From: a virus
Taxonomy: Duplodnaviria; Caudoviricetes
Reading direction: 5' to 3' (one strand)
IMG/VR virus record: IMGVR_UViG_3300033121_000719
Span: 1-64,000 of that record
Length of the DNA stretch: 64,000 nt
The position numbers and the translations under genes were made by a program. This document shows positions 60,373 through 64,000 of this stretch, piece after piece (position 1 is the stretch's first letter; the number at the start of each line of letters is the position of its first letter). Below the pieces are notes generated by a model, which saw only the letters and a program-made list of their open reading frames with translations, was not told the origin of the DNA and did no database searches.

Positions 60373-60911
60373 ATTTTTACTCCTGTAAATGTTTGAATAT
60401 AATTATATATTTGATTCCAATTGTTTGCTCTCTCAGGTTTTCTGAGATATTTATTCCAAGGTCTATCTACAAGGATTGATAATCCATAAAATTTTAGGAC
60501 ATGCTCTGGATTATCGTCAACTATAATATCTCCTTTTATAAGAGACTTGTCTGATGTTACTATAAAATCATTTTTTGTCTCTTTAGATAAAAACCCATTC
60601 TCATGCAGAAAAATATATTTACAATTATCAATATTATTTACTGTTGCAAAGATAACTCTATGTCCTTGTTTCCTTAGTTTATCAATATTTTCTTTTGCCC
60701 CTTCAATTGGTTTGCAGGCGTAATAAATATCTGGACTTTTTATATAATCATAAATTTTTTCTCCACATTCTTTTTTTACAAAAAGAGAGATATTCCAATC
60801 TGTTATATTGTCAATTTTTAGGTTATCATTATAATCAGCATTGTACATCTCAAGCCATACTGGAACTAAATCAAGTACAGTATCATCACAGTCAACTATG
60901 ATTGTTGCCAT
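60369..60911 (-). CDS. 5'(3')-deoxyribonucleotidase (HAD)
   Basis: VDCDDT, K...., DKSLI.GD.IVDD, PWN. Confidence 0.85.
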   Translation of the reverse strand: MATIIVDCDDTVLDLVPVWLEMYNADYNDNLKIDNITDWNISLFVKKECGEKIYDYIKSPDIYYACKPIEGAKENIDKLRKQGHRVIFATVNNIDNCKYIFLHENGFLSKETKNDFIVTSDKSLIKGDIIVDDNPEHVLKFYGLSILVDRPWNKYLRKPERANNWNQIYNYIQTFTGVKI

Positions 60912-60923
60912 TCTATCTCCTTT

Positions 60924-63900
60924 CTATATAAGATTTTTCTTAGAAATTAAAGAATCAACTGTGTCAGTAACAACTGAATATTTTGCTATCCACCATGTTT
61001 TATCTGTTTCTGATCTAACAAATTTTCCATTGACCATACTTACTGATGGTTCTTGAACAAAATTATCAACATATATAATATCTCCACCAAAAATTGGAGT
61101 ACCATCATAAATTGGTTTTCTTATTTTTAGAGAATCTTTTTTTCCATTTGCTAAACAATAACATTCAATTCTTGGTGAGTATCTAGTGTCTACTTTATCA
61201 ACATAAATATACCTTTTATTCAATTCAGGATATGTTGAATAGATTCCACCAAGAATAATGGTTTCACAAACAATTTGTTCAGCAATACTTATTTTTTCAT
61301 TTGGCAGACTTTCAAACATTTCTCTGAGTTCACTCAATCTTTTTTCCTTTGTTTTAGCAACAAGTGTTTTAGTATATTTACTTTTTCCTTCAGTAAATTC
61401 TTTAAAGATTGTGAAGAGTTTTTTATTATTACCAAATCGCTGAAAATAATTTATTTTAATTAAGTCCTCAAACTTTGAAGACATACTACCATTCTCTTCA
61501 GCATAAACCAAGAAATCCAAAAAATTATCAAACTTCATTGTTGACAGTAGATATAGTTTTTGACTTAGTGCTTCGCTAAAACCTTTTATGCTTGTTAGAC
61601 TTGATGTTATTTGGTTTGTTTCTTTGATTCCAGTAATTGTCCTGTTATCTTGACCAAACATAGGTTGAGGAAATGTTATTTGATAAGCTGATTGTGCCTC
61701 AAGTCTTGTTTCTGCCATCCTATCTTTGTCGCCTTTTTCCTCAAGAACTCTTAGAATTGTTTCATAAAATTCAATTGGATAATGAGCTTTAAGATAAGCA
61801 CCAATCAAAGAATCACCAGCATAGGAGTAAGAATGTGAATTGCTTGTTACTAAACCATTTTTAGATACAAAAGTATGTGCTGGATCAGCCATTTCAATAT
61901 CATACACCATTTCTTCGCAAACGTAATCAATAGCCACTATTTTTGATAGAATTGTTTCAATTCCTTTTTCAAAAATTTTTGTTCTATTATTTTTATAATG
62001 TATTTTCTTATGACAAGAGACACATAACCACTGATAATTTGAATACTCATTATGTGTTTCGTCTAAATCAATATGATGGACTTCAAATCTACAAGAATCA
62101 TATAGTTTATTGCACAAAGAACAGCTTGACTTATTTTCAATATTTTCTCGTCTAAAATTATTATATATAACAGTTGATCCATCTGGTATTTTTTGAAAAC
62201 CCATTTGACCTTTTTTAGGAATATTTGATTTAAAAATACCATTCGTGAAACGGTATTTTGCATTTGATTTTATGTAAACACCTTTTGTATATAATTGATC
62301 CCCAACATTCAGTTCTTCTAATTTTTTTATTCCACTTGGCGTTGGAAATTTATGATTCATTGTACATACAATTGATTGTCCAGATTCCACTAAAACTTTA
62401 TATGTTTTTCTAATCCCTGATTGATAAATATTTACAATTTTGTTTTTTCTAATTTTTCCATCATCGTACATGGATAGTGCATTGCCATATCCACATCTCT
62501 TGTATTTTTTATGTAGATCAAGATGGTTGGTTTTAATTGCATAATCTTTATCATTCATTATAAAAAACATTTCTTCAATAGTTGGATCAAATCTACCTAT
62601 ACTTCCAGCTTTTTGAATTTTAGTTGAACCAGACACGCAGGCATTGAATGAGTAGCGTGAACTGTCTTCAATAATTTGCCAAGTGTTGTGTGAGATAGAT
62701 TCAGCATTTTCTTTGTCTATTTTTTCTTCTTCAATCAGTCTCTTTGTCATTCCTTCAAGAAAAATTTCTTTATATTTTATAACCTTTTCAGGTCTTTTCT
62801 TTGCAATATTTTTAACAACCTCATAGGTTACTGAAATTGGAATACCAGCATAAGCTAATACTTGCATAGCATTTTCTTGGTATAACATATAAGATTGTGG
62901 AAATTCTTTAGTTTGAATCAATGAATCTAGTGTTTTTACACCATATTCAAATGGTTCTCTGGCCTCAAATTTTTTATAATTTGACTTAAATCCAGGTCTA
63001 ATTGCCGCAATAAAGGCTGATAACTCTGATATATTCCTTGGTGAATATTTTGCAACTCTACCTTTTGTGGATGTTTGTTCAACTTGATTGATGCCCATTG
63101 TCCAAGCATTTTTATATACAACCCAAGTTTTTACATCACCTTTTGTTTTTTCAATAATGTCTGTCAATGGCAGAGGCTCAATCCCAATTCTCTCGTATAC
63201 TTTATAAATCAATTCAACGACTGAAACTTTTAACAAATCATTCTTTAAAAACTTGTAGTTTTCAGCCCAAAGACCATCCATCAAACAACACACATGCTCT
63301 GTATTTCCACTTTTAATTCTTATAAGTCCAATTTCATCTCTAATGTTTTCATTGAAGATTAAATAAGCGCAATTATGAACTGCAAAATTATTCACAGTGT
63401 AGCTATTATCTTCATCTACTTCAAGATTAAACACTTCAACATCATTTTCTTCAATTCTTTTTATGTTATCTACATTATAAAAACAGTATCCATTTTTGTA
63501 AAACTGCTTGCTGTGATAACCTGCGCCAATTTTTAATAAAAATGATGGTCTACAATTTACAGTTCTTCCTTCTATTTTTTCAGTTCTAAAATCTCTTGTT
63601 TGTATAATTGTGCAACATTTATTTTGTACTTTCTGTATTATTTGCTGAAATCCCAAAAGCAACTCTTTGCTTGTGCTGGAAATTCCAATGGCTCCTTTTT
63701 TTGTAGTATGACCATCAGCACTAATATATCCATCTATCAATGATGACAACAAATTTTTTGGCAAATCAAAAACAAATTTTGGGAGTTTTTTCCCATATGA
63801 ATATTTGCCAAAATCTTGTAAAAACTCATAAAAATTCTTGTTGTTTATATATATTTTGTAGGCTGTTTTTTCTTCACTAACTCTAAATTTATATATTTCT

Positions 63901-64000
63901 CCAATTTTTTTCAAAATTTCTCCATCAATTTGATGTTTTCCGCAAGAAATAACTATCCTATAATCTCCACTTCCTTTTAATCCTCTTTTAAATGTCCATC
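60924..64000 (-). CDS. dnaE: DNA polymerase III alpha subunit (5' end outside the window) with two inteins
   Basis: KNDLL, GINQVE, AAIRPG, LYQE, YSFNA/SH, YLKAHYP.EFY, SIKG; frame open to the window edge. Confidence 0.9.
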   Translation of the reverse strand, partial: WTFKRGLKGSGDYRIVISCGKHQIDGEILKKIGEIYKFRVSEEKTAYKIYINNKNFYEFLQDFGKYSYGKKLPKFVFDLPKNLLSSLIDGYISADGHTTKKGAIGISSTSKELLLGFQQIIQKVQNKCCTIIQTRDFRTEKIEGRTVNCRPSFLLKIGAGYHSKQFYKNGYCFYNVDNIKRIEENDVEVFNLEVDEDNSYTVNNFAVHNCAYLIFNENIRDEIGLIRIKSGNTEHVCCLMDGLWAENYKFLKNDLLKVSVVELIYKVYERIGIEPLPLTDIIEKTKGDVKTWVVYKNAWTMGINQVEQTSTKGRVAKYSPRNISELSAFIAAIRPGFKSNYKKFEAREPFEYGVKTLDSLIQTKEFPQSYMLYQENAMQVLAYAGIPISVTYEVVKNIAKKRPEKVIKYKEIFLEGMTKRLIEEEKIDKENAESISHNTWQIIEDSSRYSFNACVSGSTKIQKAGSIGRFDPTIEEMFFIMNDKDYAIKTNHLDLHKKYKRCGYGNALSMYDDGKIRKNKIVNIYQSGIRKTYKVLVESGQSIVCTMNHKFPTPSGIKKLEELNVGDQLYTKGVYIKSNAKYRFTNGIFKSNIPKKGQMGFQKIPDGSTVIYNNFRRENIENKSSCSLCNKLYDSCRFEVHHIDLDETHNEYSNYQWLCVSCHKKIHYKNNRTKIFEKGIETILSKIVAIDYVCEEMVYDIEMADPAHTFVSKNGLVTSNSHSYSYAGDSLIGAYLKAHYPIEFYETILRVLEEKGDKDRMAETRLEAQSAYQITFPQPMFGQDNRTITGIKETNQITSSLTSIKGFSEALSQKLYLLSTMKFDNFLDFLVYAEENGSMSSKFEDLIKINYFQRFGNNKKLFTIFKEFTEGKSKYTKTLVAKTKEKRLSELREMFESLPNEKISIAEQIVCETIILGGIYSTYPELNKRYIYVDKVDTRYSPRIECYCLANGKKDSLKIRKPIYDGTPIFGGDIIYVDNFVQEPSVSMVNGKFVRSETDKTWWIAKYSVVTDTVDSLISKKNLI
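61839..62639 (-). mobile_element. Intein (267 aa) with HNH endonuclease in DnaE
   Basis: FNA|CVSGST...CTMNHKF...VHHID...N...LCVSCH...VYDIEM...GLVTSN|SH. Confidence 0.9.
63372..64000 (-). mobile_element. Intein with LAGLIDADG endonuclease in DnaE (N-terminal part outside the window)
   Basis: LIDGYISADG; VFNLEVDEDNSY....VHN|CAY. Confidence 0.9.

Overview
This 64 kb window is part of a large, AT-rich, tailed-phage genome with SPbeta-like gene order. Left end (1-3.9 kb): a 16-bp tandem repeat, a visibly GC-richer orphan DUF262 (ParB-fold, DGQQR) gene, LexA-type boxes, about 1.7 kb of non-coding DNA and back-to-back consensus sigma70 promoters. The + strand block (3.9-56.2 kb) encodes a YonO-like single-subunit RNA polymerase, a solo TnpB, an HU-like protein, two tRNAs, an HNH nuclease, an exonuclease, PhoH and ClpP. 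It continues with the terminase (two group I introns), portal, a ferritin, protease/scaffold, head decoration protein and major capsid protein (group I intron with HNH). It ends with neck/tail genes, a tyrosine recombinase, tape measure, Dit, tail hub, tail fibres, lysins and a second appendage module. The convergent - strand block encodes a GIY-YIG/MazG ORF, class II RNR (intron splitting the catalytic Cys codon), dNMP kinase, a 5'-nucleotidase and DnaE with two inteins. Top finding: the tail hub gene appears split by a cassette consisting of a PD-(D/E)XK homing-type endonuclease plus a proteasome-beta/Ntn-hydrolase domain (Ser1/Asp17/Lys/Gly) fused to the downstream half. The junction peptide Y-x-VIGE-x3-GK occurs on both halves and is conserved in protein but not DNA. 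This suggests an intein-like mobile element that repairs its host protein by Ntn-transpeptidase ligation (hypothesis). All family assignments come from motif recognition and synteny by eye; no searches were run.
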